IMG/VR virus record: IMGVR_UViG_3300025941_000015
Location: 41,627 to 105,626 of that record
Source: a virus
Reading direction: 5' to 3' (one strand)
DNA: 64,000 nucleotides
Positions within the stretch are counted from its first letter, which is position 1; each line of letters begins with the position of its first letter. This document shows positions 1 through 8,854 of this stretch, in pieces. The translations under genes were made by a program, and so were the position numbers. The notes beneath the pieces were generated by a model. That model was not told the origin of the DNA. It saw nothing but the letters and a program-made list of their open reading frames with translations, and ran no database searches.

Positions 1-163
1 CGGGCGTGAGCTGCTCGACGAGATCGCCAACTCCAATGCGGAGACCGGCTTCTGTGTCATCAAGAAGCCCCGCTGTGCTGACGTCGGTCAGTGGATGGTG
101 TGCATCCCGATGAAGGAGTACGTCGACCAGCAGCTCTCGGTCATGTACCCGCCAGGCCGTTGA
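1..163 (+). CDS. C-terminal fragment of probable Holliday junction resolvase (partial)
   Basis: Frame from nt 2 reads ELLDEIANSNAETGFCVIKKPRCADVGQWMVCIP to TGA at 161-163; resembles the C-terminus of actinophage Hjc-type resolvases. Confidence 0.5.
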   Translation, partial: GRELLDEIANSNAETGFCVIKKPRCADVGQWMVCIPMKEYVDQQLSVMYPPGR

Positions 164-176
164 GTAGTCTTGCCAC

Positions 177-446
177 ATGCTCATTGCAGCCATCCGGTTC
201 ATCCCCGAGCGCGAGGGTGCGACCGCCGACGGGTGGCAGGCCAGCATCGGTGACGAGCAGGCTCAGCCAACGATCACCTACTACGCCACGCTCACCCTGG
301 CACAGGCAGCGGTGAAGGCGGCGTTCCAGGCTGACACCGCCGTCGACGGCTACTTCCTGACGGCTGCGCAGGCCAGCGTGCTCACCACCAACAACGCTGC
401 CGTCACCTCAGCGAAGAACGCCCTGCGCGCCGCCGACGGGTTGTAG
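177..446 (+). CDS. hypothetical protein
   Basis: 89-aa ORF, GC3-rich codon usage, packed between neighbours. Confidence 0.65.
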   Translation: MLIAAIRFIPEREGATADGWQASIGDEQAQPTITYYATLTLAQAAVKAAFQADTAVDGYFLTAAQASVLTTNNAAVTSAKNALRAADGL

Positions 447-448
447 CC

Positions 449-889
449 ATGGTGAAGCTGGGGTCTCAGTTCGACTACTACACAGCGGCAGAGGACAACC
501 CGTACCTGGAGGAGCACCTCGACGCCGTCACCACCCTGGCCCACGGCACTCACGAGGATCCATGGGCGGAGAACGCCTACGGCGAAGAGCTTCCGGCGAC
601 GCGCACACACGTCGACCCGTGGCACGTCAACGCCATGGGTGGGCACACCATGCAGCGGATCGACCGTGCCAGGGAGGGCTACCGAAGCAACCCTGAGAAG
701 ATCCCGCCAGTCGTGTTGGTGCAGCGAGGTACGTGGGATCAGGATGACCCGAGGGCAGGCCACCCCAAGTACGAGGTGGCTGACGGACACCACCGGACGA
801 AGGCCGCCCGAGCCAACGGGATGTCCGCTCTCCACGCCATCGTGGTGAAGAGCCCCCACGACTACGAGCTGGAGCTGCCGTCGTACTGA
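449..889 (+). CDS. ParB/Srx-like domain protein with N-terminal LGSQF tag
   Basis: PPVVLV...YEVADGHHRTKAARANGMSALHAIV matches the ParB-N GxxR motif. Confidence 0.75.
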   Translation: MVKLGSQFDYYTAAEDNPYLEEHLDAVTTLAHGTHEDPWAENAYGEELPATRTHVDPWHVNAMGGHTMQRIDRAREGYRSNPEKIPPVVLVQRGTWDQDDPRAGHPKYEVADGHHRTKAARANGMSALHAIVVKSPHDYELELPSY

Positions 890-955
890 GGCGTAGGCCC
901 GGCCCGACAGGGGGTGGGCACTACCCTCGTGATAGGAGCCAACCAGGGAGCACAC

Positions 956-1279
956 ATGTCCGCACTAGCCGAGGTCGTCACGGTGACCACCAATCAGGAG
1001 GCGGCCATCAAGGTTGCAGCCCGGAGCGACGCCAAGGCTCTCGCCAAGACGATCGCCGGGGCGCTCGCCGACTCCTCGAAGGTGCAGGTGCGTGCGATCG
1101 GGGCAGGCTCTGTGAACCAGGCCATGAAGGCCATCGCCATCGCCCGAGGGTACGTTGCACAGCGTGGTCACGACCTCGTCTGTCGGCCTGGCTTCGAGAC
1201 CACATCGGACATCAATCGCCCCGGCACCTCAGGATCCAACGAGCTGTCGGTGCTGGTGCTGTTTCTGACAGTCGAGTAG
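956..1279 (+). CDS. spoVS: stage V sporulation protein S (SpoVS, Alba-like fold) homologue
   Basis: IKVAARS...LAKTIAG...VQVRAIGAGSVNQAMKAIAIARGYV...DLVCRPGF is the SpoVS signature; GGAG RBS before ATG 956. Confidence 0.9.
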   Translation: MSALAEVVTVTTNQEAAIKVAARSDAKALAKTIAGALADSSKVQVRAIGAGSVNQAMKAIAIARGYVAQRGHDLVCRPGFETTSDINRPGTSGSNELSVLVLFLTVE

Positions 1280-1288
1280 GAGGACGAC

Positions 1289-1684
1289 GTGGGAAGGGAC
1301 GACGAACAAGACCTGGGGCTTCAGCAGATCCGAGAGGATCTGGACGCTCGCATCCAAGCGGAGCGCTATGGCGGTGGTGGGATGCCAGCGCCCTACCATC
1401 CGGTCGCTCCGCCTCCGGCAGCTCAGGCAGAGGGCCCGCGTGTCCGAGCATCCATGGGCTACGCCGGAGCACTCGGCGGGGCCAACTCCTACATGGAGAT
1501 GCTCGTGCAACGCCGTGACTCTCAGGCAGCGCAGCGCATCCCCCGGTCGGCCAACTCGTGGTCGGCTGAGAACAAGCGACCCGGCTCATGGATGTCCGGT
1601 GTCGGCAGCATCTCCCCGGTCGGCACCGGCCGCCAGTACGCCAGCGGCATAGGCCGCCCGCTCATCCAACAGAGGGACAGTTGA
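1289..1684 (+). CDS. hypothetical protein
   Basis: GTG start after AGGAGG RBS; 131 aa. Confidence 0.65.
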   Translation: MGRDDEQDLGLQQIREDLDARIQAERYGGGGMPAPYHPVAPPPAAQAEGPRVRASMGYAGALGGANSYMEMLVQRRDSQAAQRIPRSANSWSAENKRPGSWMSGVGSISPVGTGRQYASGIGRPLIQQRDS

Positions 1685-1685
1685 C

Positions 1686-2108
1686 ATGACGATCAAGATG
1701 AACAAGCGCTATGCGCAGACCTCTCACTACGTCCCGACGCAGGCGACACCGTGGGCGATCGAGAGCCTGAACCGCGACGCCAACGCCGAGCACACCGAGG
1801 GCATGCTGTCGGCCCACGCCGTGCGTACCCAGGAGGCAGTGGAGAACCAGCACCACGCTCCCGGTGGAGCATCGGGCATGGAGCATGCTGCGGGCCGCCT
1901 GAAGACAGCGGGCTACATCAGCGCCATCAATGACTCCACTGGCCGCGACGCCTTCGGCTTCGACACCCACCCTCTGCCCGAGGTCACCAACCATGGTGGC
2001 GGCATCGTCGCCCGCTCGCCCGAGCGCGACGCCGAGCTGCACCTGAAGAACCCCGGCCTGATGGATCGCTGGCTCCAGCAGGGCAGCCGATCAGATGGAG
2101 GGCACTGA
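1686..2108 (+). CDS. hypothetical protein
   Basis: 140-aa ORF coupled to next gene (TGATG). Confidence 0.65.
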   Translation: MTIKMNKRYAQTSHYVPTQATPWAIESLNRDANAEHTEGMLSAHAVRTQEAVENQHHAPGGASGMEHAAGRLKTAGYISAINDSTGRDAFGFDTHPLPEVTNHGGGIVARSPERDAELHLKNPGLMDRWLQQGSRSDGGH

Positions 2109-2290
2109 TGAGCACCGGTATCACCAACCCCAACCAGTTCAGTGCGCACTGGCGCAACGCCGAGACGGGTGAGATGGAGCCCGTGTCCGACGAGGTGTAC
2201 GCGACCAACCGAGCGGCGTTGAAGCAGAAGAACCAGCAGGCCGAGGCGTGGTCGCAGCTCCGAGGCGACCGGTACTTCAAGCAGGGCTGA
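2108..2290 (+). CDS. small hypothetical protein (N-terminal NPNQF)
   Basis: Translationally coupled 60-aa ORF. Confidence 0.6.
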   Translation: MSTGITNPNQFSAHWRNAETGEMEPVSDEVYATNRAALKQKNQQAEAWSQLRGDRYFKQG

Positions 2291-2291
2291 C

Positions 2292-2786
2292 ATGCAGCAG
2301 AGCTTCAATCACACGCAGGATCTGCAGGGCATGGCGACGGGGCTCAGCCCGCGCTCTGGTCCTGAACCCCTGATTCGTGATGCGATGGAAGCGGCGCGCC
2401 TCGCCTGGCGACACACGCCCGAGGCCGACTACCCCGACGGGTACCTGGGCACGACGACGGCTCGACGTGAGGACAAGCTCGCCAACGCCGTCTGGCGCAA
2501 CAAGAAGTCGTACGACCGTGGCGCACACAAGGGCGAGCGCCTCGACATGTCGGACTACCTCTGGCCGGACGTGTTCAACCTGGAGACAGGTCTCAGGATG
2601 GAAGCGGCTGGCTCAAAGTTCACCTCCGTTGCCTACGCCCAGGAACCTGTCGTACTCACGAACGACGGGCGCCCCGGTCCTCGCGACGTGGCGGGCATGA
2701 TGGGTCAGCCCAACACGGGTGTGCCGGTGATGCCCGACCCGCAGCGCATCGGTCAGCTCCAGAGGATGAGGCCGACCTGGCGGTGA
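2292..2786 (+). CDS. conserved phage hypothetical protein
   Basis: 164 aa, YPDGYLGT...RREDKL motif recalled from large actinophage hypotheticals. Confidence 0.65.
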   Translation: MQQSFNHTQDLQGMATGLSPRSGPEPLIRDAMEAARLAWRHTPEADYPDGYLGTTTARREDKLANAVWRNKKSYDRGAHKGERLDMSDYLWPDVFNLETGLRMEAAGSKFTSVAYAQEPVVLTNDGRPGPRDVAGMMGQPNTGVPVMPDPQRIGQLQRMRPTWR

Positions 2787-2807
2787 CGCCACGTCTAGCA
2801 TTGACCC

Positions 2808-3167
2808 ATGCCAGCACCAGTCAACGCCGATCGTGCGAACGACCTGCTGCCGCAGTACTACTCGAAGCCGGGACAGCTCCGGCAGGAGTACGCAGTGGAC
2901 TCTGTGCTCCGGCTCGCCACGGTGCCGGGTGAGATCATCGCCCAGCAGCGCCCCCCGGTCCCGCAGTTCCTCTTCCCTGAGAAGTACGGGTACCGGCAAG
3001 ACCCGCTGACGATCATCGACGTGCTCTCCACCGATCGCTGGGCACCACAGCAGCGCTCGTGGGTGTCGGGGGCACCGAGCCTTGGCAACCCTCGTGTCGA
3101 AGAGGTCGACGGTGCCGAGGGATCGTTCGGTCCCAACACCCTCACGGGCATGACCTACCAGCAGTGA
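2808..3167 (+). CDS. hypothetical protein, probably leaderless
   Basis: TAGCAT -10 at 2796-2801, 6 nt before ATG. Confidence 0.65.
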   Translation: MPAPVNADRANDLLPQYYSKPGQLRQEYAVDSVLRLATVPGEIIAQQRPPVPQFLFPEKYGYRQDPLTIIDVLSTDRWAPQQRSWVSGAPSLGNPRVEEVDGAEGSFGPNTLTGMTYQQ

Positions 3168-3195
3168 CGACTACCATGGACGCAGGAGGTTCACA

Positions 3196-3432
3196 ATGAC
3201 GATGCGCACCAACCGCAGCATGAACGAAGACCTGAGGCGAGGTGCCGTCGACGGCAAGCTCCGCTTCCTGCGGCCGAATGCTGGTGGCCCGGCCGACGAG
3301 ACGCACGCTCTGCAGCGCTCCGGCGAGCTGCATACCGAGAACTACGGCTCGATGGGCATCAGCCAGTTCCAGACCGACCTCATCCAGCAGAACGTGGCGA
3401 CCTCTCCGGCGCCCTTCATCGGGGGTCAGTGA
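3196..3432 (+). CDS. hypothetical protein
   Basis: AGGAGG RBS; 78 aa. Confidence 0.65.
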   Translation: MTMRTNRSMNEDLRRGAVDGKLRFLRPNAGGPADETHALQRSGELHTENYGSMGISQFQTDLIQQNVATSPAPFIGGQ

Positions 3433-3701
3433 TGGGTTGCGAGAACTACGACTACCTGCCACCGGGCGAGCACATGCGGGTCGCTCCTGAACCCACAGAT
3501 GACCCGACGACCTGGCCGGGCTCGTACGTGACTCGTGAGCCGTACCCCGATGACATCCCGCAGCGCATCAAGGAGCTGCACGAGTACTGGGAGCCGACCG
3601 TCGGCGTCCAGTGGTACCAGCTCCCTCGCGGCACAGCACGATGAGCGCAGCCCCGTTGAGGGGCTAGCGTCGAACACCCGGAGAACCCAAGGAGCACAAC
3701 G

Positions 3702-4217
3702 ATGTCGATCCCACTGCACGAGCTGTCGAACCGCAAGGCGCTGCGCATCGCCTACTGCTACCAGTGCAAGACCATGACGAAGGTCGAGCCCTACGAGGGT
3801 CCACCCGAGTACGACCAGCACCTGCAGTATTGGATCGACCAGCACCTCCACGGCAAGACGCCTGACGACGCTCGCGGCATGGTGTTCGTCAAGGACGCCT
3901 CGCAGTTCGATCATTCCGGTGTGGCCGGAGACGCCATCGAGGAGCAGATGATCGAGGAGGTCCGAGCCGAGCTGGCCGAGGCCAACCTGGAGGTCTACGC
4001 CATGCGCGACGGCCTCAAGTACGACGCCGTCGTCTGCCACCGCAAGCACGGTCAGCCGTCGTGGCCCGGCAAGCTCTGTGGCGACTACCAGGCCGACCAG
4101 AAGCGCGTGGGCCGCAACGACGTGCCCGAGCAGTACCAGCAGTACCTGTGCACCTATTGCCCGTACGAGGAGACCGTGCGAGTGCAGAAGCGTTGGCAGG
4201 CCGGACAGTACAAGTAG
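3702..4217 (+). CDS. Cys-rich (Zn-binding) hypothetical protein
   Basis: CYQC, CHRKH, LCTYCP motifs; AAGGAG RBS. Confidence 0.7.
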   Translation: MSIPLHELSNRKALRIAYCYQCKTMTKVEPYEGPPEYDQHLQYWIDQHLHGKTPDDARGMVFVKDASQFDHSGVAGDAIEEQMIEEVRAELAEANLEVYAMRDGLKYDAVVCHRKHGQPSWPGKLCGDYQADQKRVGRNDVPEQYQQYLCTYCPYEETVRVQKRWQAGQYK

Positions 4218-4220
4218 CTC

Positions 4221-4679
4221 ATGCGCCTCCTCATCGTCGAGGCTCCGGGCGTCCTGTACCCCTACGATCAGCAGCCACCCAACGCTGACCCGATCTACAG
4301 CGGCCTGCGCTTCGTGCGGGCGCTCACCGAGGGCTACGGCGTGTCGGTGCTCATCGTGGGGCAGCTCTCCGCCGTCGACCCCGACATGCAGCTCAAGGAG
4401 TGGCTCAGGATCTACGACGTCCAGCACGCTTGGATCCTGACCGGTGACGGCTCGAAGCCCGACAGGGAGTTCTGGGAGACAGACGTGCTGACGTACATAG
4501 GCAAACTGCGCGGAACACCGACCATGGCTGTCGTCCCTCATACTCCAACCGCAACGATGCTCGCCCGGCGCAGTGTCCCGGTCCTGCGCTTCCTCCCGCC
4601 CGTCGGCAAGGTTCCTGACTGGGGCCCGACCAACTCGTCGTGGGCCTCGAAGCAGCCCGTGGAAGAGGCGGTCTCGTGA
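4221..4679 (+). CDS. degenerate HAD-fold-like protein
   Basis: N-terminal MRLLIVEAPGVL resembles HAD motif I but lacks DxD. Confidence 0.45.
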   Translation: MRLLIVEAPGVLYPYDQQPPNADPIYSGLRFVRALTEGYGVSVLIVGQLSAVDPDMQLKEWLRIYDVQHAWILTGDGSKPDREFWETDVLTYIGKLRGTPTMAVVPHTPTATMLARRSVPVLRFLPPVGKVPDWGPTNSSWASKQPVEEAVS

Positions 4680-5980
4680 GGGTCTGGTTGAGCGGTGGTG
4701 AGGTGCCGAAGCACCGTGACCTGTTCGGCCGTGCCGGTGCCGAGAAGATCGCCATCAACCTCTCCAGCGTCGTCAAGGACCGCGCTGGCGGTCTGGGTGA
4801 TCTCGACACCCTGCTCCCGTACGCCAAGCTGTTCTACACGTCCCAGAGCGACCTCGAACCGAGCGCCTACGACGACGTCCTGAACCGCTACATGACCGAT
4901 GACAGCCTTGTGCTGGGTATCGAGTCACCGTTGGCCATGGGAGCGGGCCTGTACGTCCCTGAGTGGCACGGCGGCGACGTTGACGAGCTACTCGACCTCG
5001 CCGTCGAGTACGGCCGTGTGGCGGTGTCTGAGGGGGTGCTGGCGACAGAATCGTTGATGAAGCCGATCGCCGTCTTCCACGCCCGGAACCCTCATGTGGC
5101 CATCTTCGCCACCACCTCGAAGACGAAGCTGATCGCCCCGAAGATCGCCACCGACATCCTCGTGTCCGGCTGGCTGTCGGCGCAGAAGCACCGTGAGCTG
5201 CAGGTGTGGGACGGCGCCAAGGTGGCCCGGTTCCCCCGCTCGACGCGCAACAACCAGATCGAGGCGCACCGTGCCCAGATCATCAACCTGGGGTGCGACC
5301 CCGAGCTGATCGCCGAGGGCGACGTTCCAGAGTCGATGAAGCTGGCCGTGGTCTCGTGGCTGCAGTACGAGAAGGTAGTTGCTACCGGGCAGGTCATCGA
5401 CCTGTCGTTACACCGTCCGGGGGGTGCCATAGATGTTGCTACTGACACCCGGCAAGCTCGCAAGCGCGACGACCTCGTGATGCTGCCCGTACTGCGCCCT
5501 CCCACCGAGGACGTTCCTGAACCCCGACCTGAGTCCAGCTCGATGCGCCAGTGCAACGTCTGCTCGCTCTCGGCCGTCTGTCCGAAGTACGAGCGCGACG
5601 CCCTGTGCGGCTTCGCCATCCCCGTGACCCTCCGCACGAAGACCGAGCTGTCATCGATGTTGGCCACCCTGCTGGAGATCCAGAGCCAGCGCGCACTCAT
5701 GGCCAAGTTCGAGGAAGACCTGATGTCGCAAGGCGCATCGTCCGAGGCGAGTGCCGAGCTGGAGCGCTTCTTCCGCCTCGCCGAGTCGGCCAAGAGGATC
5801 TCCGAGGACCGCCAGACGTTGACCGTCGTTGCCACCGCCACCGGCTCCGGCGAGGGCCCGCTGTCGTCCCTGTTCGGCTCCCGAGTGGGTGAGCTGAGCC
5901 AGGGTCTCCGCAACCCGATTCAGTCCGAGGACATCATCGATGCTGCAGAGATCATCGACGCTCCGTTGGGCGATTCGTAG
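4676..5980 (+). CDS. conserved large-phage protein with C-terminal Cys cluster
   Basis: GTG overlaps upstream TGA; CNVCSLSAVCP...C metal-binding motif; function unknown. Confidence 0.7.
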   Translation: MRVWLSGGEVPKHRDLFGRAGAEKIAINLSSVVKDRAGGLGDLDTLLPYAKLFYTSQSDLEPSAYDDVLNRYMTDDSLVLGIESPLAMGAGLYVPEWHGGDVDELLDLAVEYGRVAVSEGVLATESLMKPIAVFHARNPHVAIFATTSKTKLIAPKIATDILVSGWLSAQKHRELQVWDGAKVARFPRSTRNNQIEAHRAQIINLGCDPELIAEGDVPESMKLAVVSWLQYEKVVATGQVIDLSLHRPGGAIDVATDTRQARKRDDLVMLPVLRPPTEDVPEPRPESSSMRQCNVCSLSAVCPKYERDALCGFAIPVTLRTKTELSSMLATLLEIQSQRALMAKFEEDLMSQGASSEASAELERFFRLAESAKRISEDRQTLTVVATATGSGEGPLSSLFGSRVGELSQGLRNPIQSEDIIDAAEIIDAPLGDS

Positions 5981-6039
5981 CAACTACGGTTGGGTACTCC
6001 GGCACCAATCCAGTGACATGTTCCGAGGAGGGACCAGCA

Positions 6040-6402
6040 ATGAGCGATACCGACATCGAAGATCCGCACGTCGAGGCGTGGGAGAACCGTCAGGAAGACC
6101 CGGCGTTCTCCGACGGCACCGTTGCCACTCCCGGCACCGAGTACCCGGTCGAGCCCGGCCCCGGCCCGGTAGACGAGGAGGGCAATCCCGTCGACCCCAA
6201 CGCTCCCGCCCGTGAGCCCGAGGCTCTCGGCCGCGGCAAGGCCGCCGACGACGACGATGATGACGACGGCTTCGACCCCGCCGACTACTCCGTCGAAGAG
6301 GTGAACGCCTACGTCGACGCCAACCCGGAGTACGCATCCGAGATCGCCTCTCTGGAGGCCGGAGGGAAGAACCGCAAGGGCGTCCTCGACCACATCGGTT
6401 GA
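6040..6402 (+). CDS. acidic protein
   Basis: GAGGAGG RBS; D/E-rich with poly-D tract. Confidence 0.7.
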   Translation: MSDTDIEDPHVEAWENRQEDPAFSDGTVATPGTEYPVEPGPGPVDEEGNPVDPNAPAREPEALGRGKAADDDDDDDGFDPADYSVEEVNAYVDANPEYASEIASLEAGGKNRKGVLDHIG

Positions 6403-6476
6403 CCAACAACGCTGTGAGGCGATACCCTCACGGCGGCAACAGCGACGGGTGCCTTGACAGTCCACCCGGTCCACGC

Positions 6477-6511
6477 AGCGCCCTCTCCCTTCTCGGGGAT
6501 AGAGGGCGCTG
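6477..6511 (+). terminator. GC-rich hairpin
   Basis: cagcgccctct...agagggcgctg inverted repeat. Confidence 0.45.
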
Positions 6512-6546
6512 TGTCGCGAAGAACCCACTACCAGGAGAACGAAGAC

Positions 6547-7239
6547 ATGGCGAACAAGACCAAGGGCTCATGGCCCGCCGACACCCCGCGGGACATATGT
6601 TCGATGACGTGGTGGCCGAGCAACGCCGAGATGATGTACGACCTCGTGCGCATCGGCTACGTCGATCCCAACCGCAAGATCGTCGACCTCACCTACGGGC
6701 GCGGCACGTGGTGGACGATGCTCCGAGCCGAGGGCCACAAGCTGCGTCACCTCGTCGAGCACGACGTGTCGATCGACGGCGTCGACTTCCGCGACCCGCT
6801 GCCCGAGCGCGCAGGGTCGGCGCACACCGTCACCTTCGATCCTCCCTACGTCTCGACCGGCGGCCGGACCACCTCGACCATCCCCGAGTTCAACGGCCGC
6901 TACGGCGTGATGTACGCAGAGCGCACACCCGAGCTGAACCAGGAGCTGCTGATCAACCCCGGCATCCTGAACGCGAAACGGATCCTGAACCCCGACGGCA
7001 AGCTCATCGTCAAGGCCACGAACTACATCAGCTCGAACACCTACAAGCAGGCCGCCCGGTGGTCGATCGAGTACGCCGAGTCGATCGGCCTGGAGCTGCG
7101 CGACCAGTGGTTCACCGCCGGTCACGTCCGAGCCCAGCCCGGCGGTCGCAAGGTCAACCACGCCCGCAACAACTGGAGCGTGGCGCTCGTCTTTCAGCCC
7201 GGCAAGACGATGCGGAAGCGGCCCGCCAAGAAGGCGTGA
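6547..7239 (+). CDS. amino-(adenine/cytosine) DNA methyltransferase
   Basis: SAM-binding DLTYGRG and catalytic FDPPY; GGAG RBS before ATG 6547. Confidence 0.8.
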   Translation: MANKTKGSWPADTPRDICSMTWWPSNAEMMYDLVRIGYVDPNRKIVDLTYGRGTWWTMLRAEGHKLRHLVEHDVSIDGVDFRDPLPERAGSAHTVTFDPPYVSTGGRTTSTIPEFNGRYGVMYAERTPELNQELLINPGILNAKRILNPDGKLIVKATNYISSNTYKQAARWSIEYAESIGLELRDQWFTAGHVRAQPGGRKVNHARNNWSVALVFQPGKTMRKRPAKKA

Positions 7240-7402
7240 CCGTGGACCGAGGTGGCGCCGTGCATCGGGCACTCGCTGTTGCTCCCAGGAGCGGCCCACT
7301 GCCCCGGCACCCGGCAGAGGCAAGCCGAGCAGACGGGGCACCAGTGCCCGTCGTACATGTCCTCACAGCGCTTCACGGGAGCACACTACCGTTGTGTACA
7401 GC

Positions 7403-7444
7403 AGGTTGCTTTCCACAACGTTGTTGTGTACAGTGGTGTCCATG
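7403..7444 (+). promoter_or_regulatory. variant cassette promoter/operator, leaderless
   Basis: aggTTGCtttcca-CAACGTTGTTG-tgTACAGT-ggtgtcc-ATG. Confidence 0.65.
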
Positions 7445-7732
7445 AGCAAATACGACACCATCGAGATCGACGTCTGCAGCGACTGCCTGAACTGGATCGC
7501 CAACGGCACCCTCCCCGACGACGGGGAGCGCGACGAAGTCAACGCCAACAGCTTCGACGCCATCACCACGGCCCCCGGCATCGACGAGGGCTACGACGTC
7601 GTGCCCGGTTCCGGCGACGACGAGGGGCACTTCTCCCACCAGCCGTGCGACGCCTGCCGCCGCCCGTTCGGTGGCCAGCGCTACAAGGCCACCATGATCT
7701 CCCCGATCCCCAACGACAGAGAGGAAGCCTGA
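7442..7732 (+). CDS. Zn-finger-like small protein
   Basis: CSDC...CDAC. Confidence 0.7.
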   Translation: MSKYDTIEIDVCSDCLNWIANGTLPDDGERDEVNANSFDAITTAPGIDEGYDVVPGSGDDEGHFSHQPCDACRRPFGGQRYKATMISPIPNDREEA

Positions 7733-7733
7733 C

Positions 7734-8012
7734 ATGGGCCAGATGAGTGCAGAAGAGATGGCCGCCGCCGTCGGCGAGCACGAGACCACGATGCGCATGG
7801 CGCTGACCTGGCACCTCACGAGCAACCACTTCCCCCCGGTCCACACGATGTTCGTGGACGCAGCGATGGAAGCGATTCAGCTCGCTGCGGACGAGGACTT
7901 CGACTACGTCATCCATCTCCCCAACGACAAGGATCTGACGGTCACCGAGATCGTCGACGAGCTGCACCTGTGGCCGTTTGTCGACAACGCTCTTGGGGCA
8001 GACTTCGACTGA
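7734..8012 (+). CDS. hypothetical protein
   Basis: 92-aa ORF with RBS. Confidence 0.7.
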   Translation: MGQMSAEEMAAAVGEHETTMRMALTWHLTSNHFPPVHTMFVDAAMEAIQLAADEDFDYVIHLPNDKDLTVTEIVDELHLWPFVDNALGADFD

Positions 8013-8295
8013 TGTCAACGGTTGACCGAGTCCTCAGCGTCTTCGCCACGCCCGACTGCCCTGACTGTCAAGGCAAGGGAGTGGTGATGGGGCGGGTCTG
8101 GCAGAACGGTCGGGCTTGGGTCAAGGACAACGACCGGATCTGCAACTGTGTTCCGAGGATCACGGTGAGCCAGCGAAACTAGACCTTGGCGCTCCACCCT
8201 GGTAGGGGTCATTCAGTACGAGAGTGGCATCTCGGAAATGGGAGCGCTACATGCCACCGGAGGAGCGTCGGGTTTCGGCCCGGCGCTCTTTCGCG

Positions 8296-8339
8296 TCCTG
8301 AACCCCTATGTTCAGAAACCGATCCTGAACCCCTGTGTT
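8296..8339 (+). repeat. two 17-bp direct repeats in an intergenic gap
   Basis: tcctgaacccct(a/g)tgtt at 8296-8312 and 8323-8339. Confidence 0.8.
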
Positions 8340-8464
8340 TCGATTCCCGTTTCACACGGGTACAACGTGTGCTGCGGCGGGCCCCTCGCAGCATCCCGAG
8401 CGGCCCGCCGACCAAGCCCCCTCCCCCTCCGCAACGATGTTGCGATCGTGTGACGATGGGCACC

Positions 8465-8506
8465 GAGGTTGGAACAGCGTTGTGGACCGTGTACTCTGGC
8501 CACATG
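8465..8506 (+). promoter_or_regulatory. cassette promoter/operator
   Basis: gaggTTGGAAcagcgttgtggaccgtgTACTCTggccacATG; 17-bp spacer. Confidence 0.85.
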
Positions 8507-8854
8507 ACACGAACCAAGCCAACCCACACACCGTCCTCGATCTACTCCGAGCCCAACCCCATGGAGCGCCTGCTCCGCCGTGCGACGTACGACCTGCGCA
8601 ACGCTCAGCTCACGCTCGACGGCATCGACAAGGACATCCTCCGGCTGCGCAAGCTGGCCCGGCACTACGCCGAGGAGGGCAACCACAGCGCCAAGCGGAG
8701 CGCCAACGACCATGCCGATCGGCGGGTGCTCGAACAGCGCAAGAAGACCGTTGAGCGCGACGCCCTCCAGCAGGAGCTGGAAGTGCTCAAGGTGCTCGTG
8801 GCGAACCACGAGTACTGGGTACCGCAGCCCCGCTTCTGGGAGCAGCAGTCATGA
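8504..8854 (+). CDS. coiled-coil hypothetical protein (leaderless start)
   Basis: Start reassigned to the motif ATG (MTRTKPT...). Confidence 0.75.
   Translation: MTRTKPTHTPSSIYSEPNPMERLLRRATYDLRNAQLTLDGIDKDILRLRKLARHYAEEGNHSAKRSANDHADRRVLEQRKKTVERDALQQELEVLKVLVANHEYWVPQPRFWEQQS

Noticed and set aside
4676-5980. Queuine tRNA-ribosyltransferase/DpdA-like DNA modification enzyme
   Set aside because: Catalytic motifs not recognisable and no 7-deazaguanine pathway genes in the window; left as hypothetical
8186-8503. N-terminal extensions of ORF-track genes through the promoter element
   Set aside because: The extensions are translations of the repeated promoter (e.g. EVGTAL..VYTDHM); the real starts are the motif ATGs
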